From: Thermoproteota archaeon
GTDB lineage: Archaea > Thermoproteota > Nitrososphaeria > Nitrososphaerales > Nitrososphaeraceae
Direction of reading: 5' to 3'
DNA: 45,399 nucleotides
Assembly: GCA_046728425.1 (NCBI GenBank)
Contig: JBKPEN010000003.1
Span: 1 to 45,399, forward strand
Every line of letters starts with the position of its first letter. Position 1 is the stretch's first letter. Below the pieces are notes generated by a model that saw only the letters and a list, made by a program, of their open reading frames with translations, did no database searches and was not told the DNA's origin. Shown one piece after another: positions 1 to 9,752 of this stretch. A program made the translations under genes and the position numbers.

Positions 1-1
1 C

Positions 2-634
2 CTTTTTCCCTCGACATTCCAGTTCTTCTTCCAGGAAGACATAAACGCTATCCAAATAGTAGCAATAGTGTTTGCTTCTTGTATAGCTCTCTCGGTAATA
101 TGGAAAGGAATTGTTCCAACGGTTATATGCATCTTAGGGATTGTGCTTGTACACAACTCTTTGATACTGCCATACTATTCTGAGCCCCAGCCTGGGGAGG
201 CTTGGCTTGGAGATGTAAAGTATACATGGACACTGTACACCCCAACAGCTGTCAGCATGGGTGCTAGCATGAACTTTTTTCTTGGGCTTTCCATGGTTAT
301 CTTCAGCGTAATAATTGCATATCGGCCCTCTATACTTTTTACGAGGAACAGGCCCAACTCAGTCGATTCTGAATGGTTGAAGTATCCTCTTTGGCATGAC
401 AATACCCTATTAGCAGATGGCAGGACAGAATACTCTGTTCCCATCAAGATGCTTATGACAGATCAAGAGAGATACATTCTTTGGCGCTACGAATACATTT
501 TGGCAAATATTTACGGAACTCCCCATCTTGTTAGGCCTGAAGGATATGTTCCAAAATACTCGACTAGCATATATAGAGATAGGGAAAGTGGGCGCATCAT
601 AGGGAAAGCTCGCTATAATGGCTTTTTCGTGTGA
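2..634 (+). CDS. Hypothetical membrane protein, 5'-truncated by the window edge
   Basis: Frame is open from base 2 to TGA at 632-634; several hydrophobic segments followed by a soluble C-terminal domain. Confidence 0.7.
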   Translation, partial: LFPSTFQFFFQEDINAIQIVAIVFASCIALSVIWKGIVPTVICILGIVLVHNSLILPYYSEPQPGEAWLGDVKYTWTLYTPTAVSMGASMNFFLGLSMVIFSVIIAYRPSILFTRNRPNSVDSEWLKYPLWHDNTLLADGRTEYSVPIKMLMTDQERYILWRYEYILANIYGTPHLVRPEGYVPKYSTSIYRDRESGRIIGKARYNGFFV

Positions 635-1087
635 TTGGGCAAACTAATCTAACTAATCTACAAAATGTATATATTGAAATTGAAGGCGAGTACGGTAGCT
701 GGCTCTGCTTCTATGAGGCCTTTTGGATCTAATGGATCCATTGTTATTTCATCATATTTCCACACGGCTTGTCAGCAGATATGTTGGCAATATCACGTCC
801 CGTGTCTATTTATTGATTGATCTTAAACTGTTGGACCAGCCCAGTAAATGTCTCATGGTGCTTAGGGTAGAAGTTTATGACAATTATAACGGATTAGCAA
901 GAAGCAAATCAAAACCGCATACCCTCTATAATAGGGCTTGGTCTCAGATAGCGAACGGGAAAAGTCTTGAACTCGAATGTAGCCTCCTGATTCGGCAGCT
1001 GAATATGGAAGAGAAGAGGCCATCTACTTCCACCTCTACCCGTTAGTCGACACAGACATATCTGTGGGCCGCCAATAATAATTTCTC

Positions 1088-1543
1088 TTGATAGAAGTTT
1101 ACTTTGATGGCCTCTGTCAGCCGATAAACCCAGGTGGCATCTCATGTTATGCTTTTATAGTCAAAAGTGGAGGCAGAACCATTTATAGCGACTACGGCGT
1201 CGTAGGAAAGCCTTTCTCTAAGGACTCTACAAACAACGTCGCCGAATATACCGCTCTTGTCAGAGCATTACAGTGGCTCCTTGAAAAGGATCTTGGCTCG
1301 GCGAAGGTAGAGATCAAAAGCGATTCTAAACTTGTAGTCAATCAGCTTACAGGCGATTACAAGGTTAAGGCAAAAAGAATAATTTCTCTTTACAAACAGG
1401 TCCTTCTCCTTAAGAGCAAATTTCAAGACGTCCAGATCAAGTGGATACCTAGGGAAGAGAATAGGGAGGCAGACAGATTGACAAATAAGGCATATAACAA
1501 GGCGCTACAGGATAACCCAGAATATCTTGACAGAGTGATATGA
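1088..1543 (+). CDS. rnhA: Ribonuclease HI
   Basis: RNase HI motifs YFDG, TNNVAEY, SDSKLVVNQ, WIPREEN.EAD.L. Confidence 0.93.
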   Translation: MIEVYFDGLCQPINPGGISCYAFIVKSGGRTIYSDYGVVGKPFSKDSTNNVAEYTALVRALQWLLEKDLGSAKVEIKSDSKLVVNQLTGDYKVKAKRIISLYKQVLLLKSKFQDVQIKWIPREENREADRLTNKAYNKALQDNPEYLDRVI

Positions 1544-1755
1544 AAAGAAGGCAAGTTCAGATAAACAGGTCGTTAGTCAGATAGGTAATTGACCACATGG
1601 ACAAAGATTATGCGCCGAATTAAAAGTGCCTGACACCTGTAGGGCTGTATGATCTATAATATTAATTTAGACTTCTCACGGCTTGTTGTTTTGTTTTCTC
1701 CTCTAGTTCGCAGATAAGCAAGTTGAACACACATAAGCCTACAGGGAGACCACAC

Positions 1756-2160
1756 TCAAACATCTGTAGTGACAAAGCGGCTTCTACTTTTGACTATGAC
1801 TGGTAAGATCGTGTCCATTATGATTGAGTCGAAATTCTTTTCTTCCACCTCCAAACTTATTAACAGATAAAAGTTTTCATTTATTGGTATGGTAGCGCGG
1901 TGCAGCAGTTCGTATCGGCCAAATGAATATACTATCTTGCCGATCTTGGGTTCAAACTTGCCCCTTGTCTTTTGTCTAGCGATGGCTGTTGCCGCATATT
2001 CTTCATTCTCTTCTTCAGAAAGTAGAAGCTTTGCTTCCTTTCTAGCCTTCTGTGCCAATATGACACCGTTCTTATTTACTATTGCTGTCCACCTAATTGA
2101 GCTGTGCTTTGCAAGAACTTCCTCGCAGATTAAATTTAGAAGTTCGTAATCAATTTTCAA
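1756..2160 (-). CDS. Thaumarchaeal roadblock/LC7-like (DUF6659-like) protein
   Basis: 134 aa; IRWTAIVNKNG...LLSEEE...IGKIVYSFGRYE pattern typical of this expanded thaumarchaeal family. Confidence 0.7.
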   Translation of the reverse strand: MKIDYELLNLICEEVLAKHSSIRWTAIVNKNGVILAQKARKEAKLLLSEEENEEYAATAIARQKTRGKFEPKIGKIVYSFGRYELLHRATIPINENFYLLISLEVEEKNFDSIIMDTILPVIVKSRSRFVTTDV

Positions 2161-2251
2161 TTCCGCTCACATGGGGTATAGTTCCATGACCTAATAAAAC
2201 AGATGGTTATAGCTATATATTATGAACCTCATTTAATCTCCCTCCAAGCAG

Positions 2252-2371
2252 ATGTCTGAGTATGAATCTGGAACGTTCCGATGCAAGGATTGCGCAAAGG
2301 AATTTCTGACAAAGGATGAGGCTGACAGGCATTATGCGGAGCACCATTCAGATGTAATAGTGGGTGAGTAG
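2252..2371 (+). CDS. 39-aa C2H2 zinc-finger microprotein (not in ORF track)
   Basis: MSEYESGTFRCKDCAKEFLTKDEADRHYAEHHSDVIVGE*; F-x-C-x2-C-x3-F-x8-H-x3/4-H spacing; TATA-like TATATATTAT about 30 nt upstream. Confidence 0.8.
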   Translation: MSEYESGTFRCKDCAKEFLTKDEADRHYAEHHSDVIVGE

Positions 2372-2761
2372 CATTTTAAACATGAGGTCAAGAGGAGTCC
2401 ATAAGTTATATCTCTATATCCAAGAACTGGCGATTCTAAGCAAAATTGAGGAGTGCAGCGTAAATAAAATATCCAAGAATCAAATCCTGTTCGAGACTAT
2501 ATCCAAAAAATTAGCACAAGAAAGTGAGAGGATGCACGGAGTTTGATATTATGGCCATAATCCCGGGGTTTTTGAGACTCATTTCATAATAGAAAACCAT
2601 CCGCATTTCCAAAAAAATTTTAAGACGAGAAGCTCAGGGAAGGTTACAGAGAATATGACTCTTTGTTAGAAAAGAGATGAAAAACGAAAGAACATCGATC
2701 AATTGATAACAGTGACCCTCTTCGTTTAATAGGGGTTAATGCGTACAGTAGAATGCGTTAG

Positions 2762-3592
2762 ATGCATTGTGATTTGTGTGGCATAAGTGAATCATTGCCT
2801 TTCAGATGCCGCTACTGCAAAGAGACCTTCTGCTCTACTCATCGGTTGCCCCCCAACCACAACTGCTTTTTTCTGCAGGATTACCTTGCACAACCGGGGA
2901 GAGATCGTGAATTTTTAGAGCGTATGGAAGGAAAACGCGCTTCTCTTCAAATGCGCATTAGATCTTCACTCTACGAGACAATTTATCTGCGTTTCTCCAA
3001 GATTGAAATCCTTCACTTAGCGATAGCGACGGCGCTAGTAGCAGCAGTTGGCATGTCCTTGTACAGGTTCCAATTTAGATGGGATTTTCTTGCTATCTTT
3101 ATCAGCGCATTCCTTATACATGAGTTAGGACACAAATTTCTTGCGCAATTTTACAGGGCTTGGGCAGAATTTCGAGTATTGTTATATGGTGCAGTTGTCA
3201 CGGCCATCTCGGCTCTTCCATTCTTTCCATTTAAATTCATAGCACCAGGAGCAGTCATGATCAGCGGCAATCTCAGTGCGGCTCGCAACGGCAGGGTCTC
3301 ATTGATAGGACCTCTCACTAACCTAGCGATGGGCACAGGCTTCCTATGCGTCTATCTAATACTTGCTTCTATTGACTCTGCAAGCCCTATTCTGCTAGTT
3401 GGAGTGAGGTTTAATGGCTTTATTGGCTTCTTTAACATGATACCTTTCATGGGCCTCGACGGCCAGAAGATTTTTGGATGGAACAAGATCGTGTGGGTGT
3501 TGACAATGGCAGCGTCAATAGGGCTCTTTATAGGAGGCGACCTGCTTTCAGGGGGGGCCACAACAGGCTTTCTGAGCAGATTTTTTAGTTAG
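2762..3592 (+). CDS. AN1-type zinc finger fused to an M50 (site-2) intramembrane metalloprotease
   Basis: N-terminal C-x2-C...LPFRCRYCKETFCSTHRLPPNHNC; HELGH zinc motif; AGP-like IGPLTN; NMIPFMGLDG; multiple TM segments. Confidence 0.9.
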   Translation: MHCDLCGISESLPFRCRYCKETFCSTHRLPPNHNCFFLQDYLAQPGRDREFLERMEGKRASLQMRIRSSLYETIYLRFSKIEILHLAIATALVAAVGMSLYRFQFRWDFLAIFISAFLIHELGHKFLAQFYRAWAEFRVLLYGAVVTAISALPFFPFKFIAPGAVMISGNLSAARNGRVSLIGPLTNLAMGTGFLCVYLILASIDSASPILLVGVRFNGFIGFFNMIPFMGLDGQKIFGWNKIVWVLTMAASIGLFIGGDLLSGGATTGFLSRFFS

Positions 3593-3940
3593 TGTCGACT
3601 GCCACTCCGAAACTATTTCTCGCTCGTTCTATTTTGTTTCATACAAGCACACCTTTTAATAACTCGCGTTCAGGGAAAAAGCTATAGGTAGCATCAGATC
3701 GTAGAAAAAAAGGATCCCGAAGGTCTATTTGAAAAAGCCGTTATTAGTTATAGGCAACAATGGGATTAGCTCGACACTGCTCTTCCTCCTCCTCCCAAAC
3801 AGATATCCACATTTTCTGATCTGTGCACAAGCGAAGCTACGATGTTTTCCAGTCAATTTTTTGATTATAAAAAAGATTTTATAGAAACCAGAGGTTAACA
3901 AAAATTCTTCATTAATAGATGGCTCCCGTTTAGAGTTTAG

Positions 3941-4369
3941 TCATCTCGCACCGAGTCTAACCTCAATCTGTTCTGTTAAGCTTCCTCGGATTACGGTAAA
4001 TTCAACAACATCTCCTACCGACTTTTGAATCAGCTGAGCCTCTATATCTTGAGCATCTTCAATTTGAATATTATCAACAGCAATTATTACGTCTCCTCCG
4101 AGAACTACCGGCCTTCCATCAATAGTTACAACCCTATCGCCGCCTCTCAATCCAGCCGTCTCTGCTGGGCTCGATGGTTCTACAGAAAAAATCAAAAATC
4201 CGACAGGTTCCTGCAGACCAAGCGTTTGAGCGATTGTTGGCGTAACATTGCTTCCTTCTATCCCGAGCCATGGCTGTGGTTCGTCTGTAGCAGAAACGTA
4301 ATAAAATGAAGCTCCAACTATAGAAATTAGGACACCAAATGAAATGACTGTATTGGTAGCATTTTGCAA
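3941..4369 (-). CDS. Membrane-anchored stand-alone PDZ-domain protein (HtrA-type PDZ, no protease domain)
   Basis: N-terminal TM helix, then PWLGI...V.PSSPA..AGLRGG...GGDVIIAVD...VGD.V..TVIR. Confidence 0.85.
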   Translation of the reverse strand: MQNATNTVISFGVLISIVGASFYYVSATDEPQPWLGIEGSNVTPTIAQTLGLQEPVGFLIFSVEPSSPAETAGLRGGDRVVTIDGRPVVLGGDVIIAVDNIQIEDAQDIEAQLIQKSVGDVVEFTVIRGSLTEQIEVRLGAR

Positions 4370-4738
4370 TTCATCAGTTTATCTCTAATCTTGAGGCAAT
4401 AACCTTTTTGGCTATACGCGCAAAGTTAGGCTTGGGAGGGTCTACTCTTGCATCACAATAAACTAAAAGGAATGGAAACGGAATGTGGATTGCATGTATG
4501 TATATATATGTATGTGTCTCTCTCTTTTTTTCTCTCTTTGCTAGTCTATAAGAAAGCGTTTTTTGGAAAGCGACATCGATAACAAGACCGATATCAGTTA
4601 AGCTTTCTTCATACTTCCTCTGATTCAAGTTGTCGTGGAAACTATTAGAAAGAAAATAAAGGAGAGATATGATAGAGGGTCATTACAATACACCTCTATC
4701 AATCTAGATAGTCCAAAGATATCAAATACAACAGAGGA

Positions 4739-6160
4739 CTAGATGTCATAGTAAAGGATGAATTGGCGCTCTTTAGAGGCTCTCGCAAATGCTATCTCCT
4801 CGCCTTTGAGTTCCACATAGGTATCTATCAATTCATTAGAAAAATATGGCTTGAGGAAGCCCTTGTCATTTTTTAGCGCGTCGATCGAATCTTGCAACGC
4901 GCGAGGAAGCGTTTTTATTCCCAAAGCTCTCCGTGCGGAATCAGACATTTTGTAAATGTCTTCATTAACCGGATCACCTGGATCAATCTTTTCTTTGATG
5001 CCGTCAAGTCCAGCAGCAACTGTTGCAGAAAAGGCAAGGTAAGGATTTGCAGATGGGTCAGGAGCCCTGAACTCTATTCGTTTTGATTTTCCAGTGCCCT
5101 TGTCATTGACCGGTACCCTCAAAATTGCCGACCTATTTCCCCCCGACCATGCGGCATACACTGGTGCTTCAAAGCCTGGAACCAATCGATGGTATGAATT
5201 TACAGTTGGGGCCACCAACGCAGCTAATGAAGATGCATGCTTTAGCAGTCCTCCAATAAAGTATCGCCCGCTCTGACTTAGCTCTGAGTAGTAATCATTT
5301 TGGTCGTAAAAAATGTTACGCCCCCCTGACCACAAGCTGACACTTACATGCATGCCAGAACCATTATCGCTTTCGCTGCTCGTTGGATTATTCTCGTCAA
5401 AGATTGGCTTGGGCATAAAATTTGCAACCTTACTATACTTTTTGGCTAAGCTCCGGACAACATCTTTGTATATTTGTACATTGTCTGCTGAGTTTGTAAT
5501 TGTACTATGCATAAAATTGATTTCTATCTGACCGCTGCTTGCAACTTCATGGTTAAGATTGGTAACCTTAATTGAGTAATGGTTCTTCAGAATCCTAGCA
5601 ATTTCAAATCGTAGCTCAAGTAAGGAATCTTGGAATGGAGGTGCATCATAGCCATGCTTTCTGCGAATAGGATACTTTCCGGTCCTTTCTGATGAGCGGA
5701 TTACAACTCCTCCGTTGTTGTCTAAATGAATGTCTTCAAAAACAAAGCACTCTACCTCGGGGCCGATTTGACACGTCAGGTCTTGGTCCCTAAGGTCTTC
5801 CTCCAACGCCTGAGGAACGTACCGTGGGTCTTTAACGAGCCTACCTTTGCCAAAACCTTCATAGACATCTGCAATTACTGTGGCGACCTTGTAATTCGCC
5901 AATGGCATAAGCCGGAGGGTTGACGCGTCAGGAATAAGCAAGAGATCGGATTCGTTTATGTTTGAGAATCCAGTAACAGACGAGCCATCCAATGCTATGC
6001 CCTTGCGTAAGAGATCGGATGGGTCTCCTCCATCATTAACGACATACTTAGCCAAAAACCTACCGATGACGTCAGTATATCTCAACTGGACGAATTCTAC
6101 ATTTTTTGGTTCGACCGCGTTGAGGCCATTCCCAAGTGAATCCTCCAGTGTCATATTCAT
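4739..6160 (-). CDS. glnA: Glutamine synthetase type I
   Basis: DGSS..GF..INESD, GPEVE, HEVA..GQ.EI, FMPKP, NGSGMH, NSY.RLVPGFEAP, NRSA..RVP, RIEFRAPDPSANPYLAF. Confidence 0.96.
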   Translation of the reverse strand: MNMTLEDSLGNGLNAVEPKNVEFVQLRYTDVIGRFLAKYVVNDGGDPSDLLRKGIALDGSSVTGFSNINESDLLLIPDASTLRLMPLANYKVATVIADVYEGFGKGRLVKDPRYVPQALEEDLRDQDLTCQIGPEVECFVFEDIHLDNNGGVVIRSSERTGKYPIRRKHGYDAPPFQDSLLELRFEIARILKNHYSIKVTNLNHEVASSGQIEINFMHSTITNSADNVQIYKDVVRSLAKKYSKVANFMPKPIFDENNPTSSESDNGSGMHVSVSLWSGGRNIFYDQNDYYSELSQSGRYFIGGLLKHASSLAALVAPTVNSYHRLVPGFEAPVYAAWSGGNRSAILRVPVNDKGTGKSKRIEFRAPDPSANPYLAFSATVAAGLDGIKEKIDPGDPVNEDIYKMSDSARRALGIKTLPRALQDSIDALKNDKGFLKPYFSNELIDTYVELKGEEIAFARASKERQFILYYDI

Positions 6161-6772
6161 ATTTGTTATCCGTATAATTTAAGTTATGATATCTACTTAT
6201 CTTTCTAGATTAATGAGCATCAGCGATCAGAAGTGAAAAGATTTCATATATTTTTTAATGCAATCGGACAATAAATTATAGTTGCGGCGGGAAAAATGGC
6301 TTGATGACGGTCCATTTTAAGAGTGGTTTGTTTTGATGATTCAGATTTATGGCTATCAGAGCCCTTATTGTGTCAAATTCTCTAAACGTAGAAGAGGGTC
6401 TGCGCCTTATGTAGCAAAACCTGCCTGATCATGAAGAGCCACATCTCTGGTAAGCCCGCCCTAAATAGCCGCCGCCTGAAAGGATTATTGCTCAAATAGC
6501 ATATTATAGCCCAATTTCAACAATTTTTATGCTACATATTGCGCCAGTGGATCGACAGAATTCTTTATGTCGATTGTCCGAAGACGCCAAAACTGAGTAG
6601 CCCAATACTCTTTAGATTAATTTTTGGTCTTTCGGGGTATCAACTTAGGTCGGATCAAAGCTAATCCTAGAAGAGACCTGTCATTCCGTATCGTCATTAT
6701 TTAAAGATATTACATTTTCAAGCCTGAGATAATGGTTTATAGGTATCTGCCTACCTAAAAGAAAGTACCTTA

Positions 6773-7747
6773 ATGCAAGGACCACTTGTGTGCTCCGCAT
6801 GCAGGAGCGAGGTCGTGGTGACGGATCATGAGTGTGGGGAAGTTATTTGCAGCCGTTGCGGTGTGGTGGTTGATAGATTAGAAAGTTCGTCAATACAAGA
6901 ATGGCGGGCATTCAGTGTCGATGACTTCTATCGCAAATGCCGTATAGGTGGCGCAACTTCACTCGCTCGATACAATAAAGGGCTCCTGACAACGATAGGA
7001 AACTATAGAGATTCAAAGGAAGCGGGTTTCAACTTTGACAGAATAAGGGTGTGGGACTTTAGAATACAAAGCGCAAATGACAGGAGTTTGAAGCAGGCGC
7101 TGCCGGTCCTAGAGCACTTGAAGGAAAGCTTGGGATTGCCAGATTCAATAGTTGAAAAATCAGCTTATTTTTATAGAAAAGCTGCCAGGTTTAACCTGAT
7201 AAAAGGAAGGACGGTTTCATCCGTCCTTGCTGCTTCAGTATATCTCGCCTGCCGCGAATTAGAGACGCCTAGGACTCTTAATGAAGTGTCATCTTCGAGC
7301 AATGTACCACGAAAGAAAATTTCTCGTGACTATAGGCTCCTTGTGCACACATTTGATCCCAAGATTCCTGCTGTAGACCATATAAGGTGTATAACCCGCA
7401 TTGCAAATAAGGTAGGTCTGAGCGAAAAGACCAAGAGGACGGCAATAAACATTATGCGCCAAGTTATTGCAATGCAGATATCTGCAGGGAAAGGCCCAAT
7501 GGGAATTGCAGCAACAGTGCTCTATATTGCTTGCCTCAAAGCAGGAGAAACTAAGACACAGAAAGAGCTTTCGATTGCAGCGGGCGTCACAGAAGTAACT
7601 ATCAGAAATCGCTACAGTGAACTAAAAAAATATCTACAGGAATTTGCAAAGTCCTCTTCCGTAGCAATAGCAATATTCATACTTGTCTTCCAATCACCCG
7701 TCTTGCTTAGTTCAATGAATCATCCAACTACAATATTACTCTCCTAA
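6773..7747 (+). CDS. tfb: Transcription initiation factor IIB (TFB) paralog with hydrophobic C-terminal extension
   Basis: Zn ribbon C-x2-C...GEVICSRCGVV, EWRAF, two cyclin folds (KGR...AASVYLACR; GKGPMGIAA), GVTEVTIRNRY. Confidence 0.93.
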   Translation: MQGPLVCSACRSEVVVTDHECGEVICSRCGVVVDRLESSSIQEWRAFSVDDFYRKCRIGGATSLARYNKGLLTTIGNYRDSKEAGFNFDRIRVWDFRIQSANDRSLKQALPVLEHLKESLGLPDSIVEKSAYFYRKAARFNLIKGRTVSSVLAASVYLACRELETPRTLNEVSSSSNVPRKKISRDYRLLVHTFDPKIPAVDHIRCITRIANKVGLSEKTKRTAINIMRQVIAMQISAGKGPMGIAATVLYIACLKAGETKTQKELSIAAGVTEVTIRNRYSELKKYLQEFAKSSSVAIAIFILVFQSPVLLSSMNHPTTILLS

Positions 7748-7965
7748 GCTTTTGCAATCGTTTTTTCAAAGCAATAAAAAAATCGTCCCGATCATTGAAT
7801 ATCAACCTTCGTAGAATATAAACTCGACTGCAGTAGTTTATCATCTCTAATGCCGACACACTCCGGTATTCAAGCTGTGGTACCTTTCGCATTTACCTTC
7901 AAAGTAAGTTACGTACTTGCAACGCTCTAGAACACAATATATTATAAAGATTATCTTCCCTAGGC

Positions 7966-9006
7966 CTAGCATGCAACACTACTGCAACCAGCAGCGGCTC
8001 TTAATCGCACCTCAAGGTTGAAGCTAGAGAGGATTTCTTTGCATCTTGTCCTAATGGTGATTTCCGTCACTTGTGAAAAATTGGCAATGTCTGTGAGATA
8101 TAGATGATAGCCGCAAAGACACGCAGATATATACAAGTACGCTGAAGCGATTCCAACTGGATCTTTACCCGACAATAGTATATTATCCTCAGTCTGGCGG
8201 GCAATTTCCAACGCCAATTTTTGAATTCGCCAATCAATTCTAGCCTTATTTGAAATCTTGGCAATGTATTTTTCCAAAGGTATGACGTGATCAAAAGTTT
8301 CGCTTTGACACCTCATGTTTTCCGATTCTATAATATTCGTCATGCACATTGTCATCCTCTTGTAACACCGAAATGCTATTCTAAGAGATGACCTTTTGTT
8401 GCTGCAAAAATCGGTCGAGTCTACAATCTCTTCTAATCCTCTTGCAATACACGATTGCTTGCATGCAAGGTACACGGCTGCAATAGCATTACCATTGACT
8501 GACATGCCCTTCGTATTATTTTTAGAAGAATAGCTTCTGTATATCTTGGCCGCAGTCTCTGACAGCGACCTTGGAAGCAGCAACTTTGAACATGTTTTGT
8601 CTATAACCGAAAGCACCCTAGAAATCCTCCTCTCTTCCGAAGATGCCTTAAGTCTAGCGTGCAGTTTGCGCACACACGCAATGCGTTCAGCGTTGGCGAA
8701 ATTGATCGGTTTTCCGTTATAGTCTTTATCGGATATGCTAATTTCGGTCTGAAGTCCGTAGTTCATGAGCAGAGAACTAGTTTGCCCGCTGCCACGCAAG
8801 TTTTTGAGCCTCTCATCGGAATTGTTAGAATGACTTTCGTGTCCGCAGTAGTCGATTTTCTCGAGCACGACATAGCCGCAAGACTGGCATATGTATTCAC
8901 CATGATACACGTCAAATATAATATGCGAACTGCACTCGGGGCATGATGGCTTGACAGCCTCATCATTTCTTACACCATTAGCAAGAAGAGTGACACCTTT
9001 TTCCAT
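7966..9006 (-). CDS. tfb: Divergent transcription initiation factor IIB (TFB) paralog
   Basis: CPECS...GEYICQSCGYV, AAVYLACK, SGKDPVGIASAYLY, VTEITIRTRCKE. Confidence 0.9.
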   Translation of the reverse strand: MEKGVTLLANGVRNDEAVKPSCPECSSHIIFDVYHGEYICQSCGYVVLEKIDYCGHESHSNNSDERLKNLRGSGQTSSLLMNYGLQTEISISDKDYNGKPINFANAERIACVRKLHARLKASSEERRISRVLSVIDKTCSKLLLPRSLSETAAKIYRSYSSKNNTKGMSVNGNAIAAVYLACKQSCIARGLEEIVDSTDFCSNKRSSLRIAFRCYKRMTMCMTNIIESENMRCQSETFDHVIPLEKYIAKISNKARIDWRIQKLALEIARQTEDNILLSGKDPVGIASAYLYISACLCGYHLYLTDIANFSQVTEITIRTRCKEILSSFNLEVRLRAAAGCSSVAC

Positions 9007-9008
9007 AG

Positions 9009-9134
9009 CTATCCCCGCCGTCCAGTGGAACCAAATGCTGTTATTCTTCTCAAACCGAACAGTGAATCTTCTACTAAGGCGTGTCTTTCAAGCATACTTC
9101 TAAGTGAATCTTCTGGAAGTATTGTGAAAATCAT
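9009..9134 (-). CDS. Putative 41-aa upstream ORF directly preceding the tfb paralog
   Basis: MIFTILPEDSLRSMLERHALVEDSLFGLRRITAFGSTGRRG*; stop ends 2 nt before the tfb ATG; AT-rich promoter-like DNA lies upstream of this ATG. Confidence 0.35.
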   Translation of the reverse strand: MIFTILPEDSLRSMLERHALVEDSLFGLRRITAFGSTGRRG

Positions 9135-9388
9135 TTCTTTGTAGGAATATAACTGATACAACTTATACTTCAATGTTTCATAAATTTAACCTAGCTCTAA
9201 ATTATATTTATACTGAATTCAGTGGAAGATTTTTGAATCGGATTTAGTGTGCCGCCACTATTGATTTTTTATAAGCGCTGCGGTGGATAATCTGAGCTCG
9301 AGAAAAATTAACCATCAAAGTTAATAATATCATGCAGGTTGCACAATGATGAATATCACAAAAGCTGCAACCTACCGAGGCGTGGAGA

Positions 9389-9604
9389 ATGTCTAGAGCA
9401 TTAGCTATTTTTATTTTCTGGGCAATAGGCTTTACAATAGGTTCAGCAGGATATCTAATGGTGCCAAATGCGGTGTCTTGGCTAGGCAGTATACTTCCAG
9501 AGATCGTTGTAAACCAAGCGATACTGGGATCTATCTTAGCCGGTATAGTCGGCTCAGCAGTAAGCACATTTACTGTTGTGACTTGGGCAAATAGGGCTCC
9601 ATAA
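9389..9604 (+). CDS. Small two-TM membrane protein
   Basis: 71 aa, two Gly-containing hydrophobic helices, T-tract immediately downstream. Confidence 0.75.
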   Translation: MSRALAIFIFWAIGFTIGSAGYLMVPNAVSWLGSILPEIVVNQAILGSILAGIVGSAVSTFTVVTWANRAP

Positions 9605-9752
9605 TTTTTTTAATATTTTTATTTATAACCTTTCTAATTTGCTAAGGGAATATTTTTTCCCGACACATGATATATGTCATGTATGATAGACTTAGTTGTC
9701 TTGGCTATTTGTCACTCGATCTTTTCAGTAATTCCAAAAATATAAAACTGAT

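Noticed and set aside
723-1145. ORFs 723..1046 (+) and 909..1145 (-)
   Set aside because: No recognisable motif; the region may hold a degraded gene, but I cannot assign one
4374-4628. 84-aa minus-strand ORF
   Set aside because: Runs through TA/TC low-complexity DNA; likely spurious
4892-6182. Short ORFs antisense to glnA, and similar shadow ORFs over purD-like, ADH, SDR, amidohydrolase, tfb, cofC/cofD, PKD and GT4 genes
   Set aside because: They overlap well-supported genes on the opposite strand or in another frame and have no motifs
6301-6360. Two TTGATGA C-box-like motifs suggesting a C/D box sRNA between glnA and tfb
   Set aside because: No CTGA D/D' boxes at the required spacing
6740-6757. 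TAGGTA-N6-TACCTA palindrome just downstream of the tfb TATA-like box
   Set aside because: 6-bp arms are expected by chance; no second copy noticed
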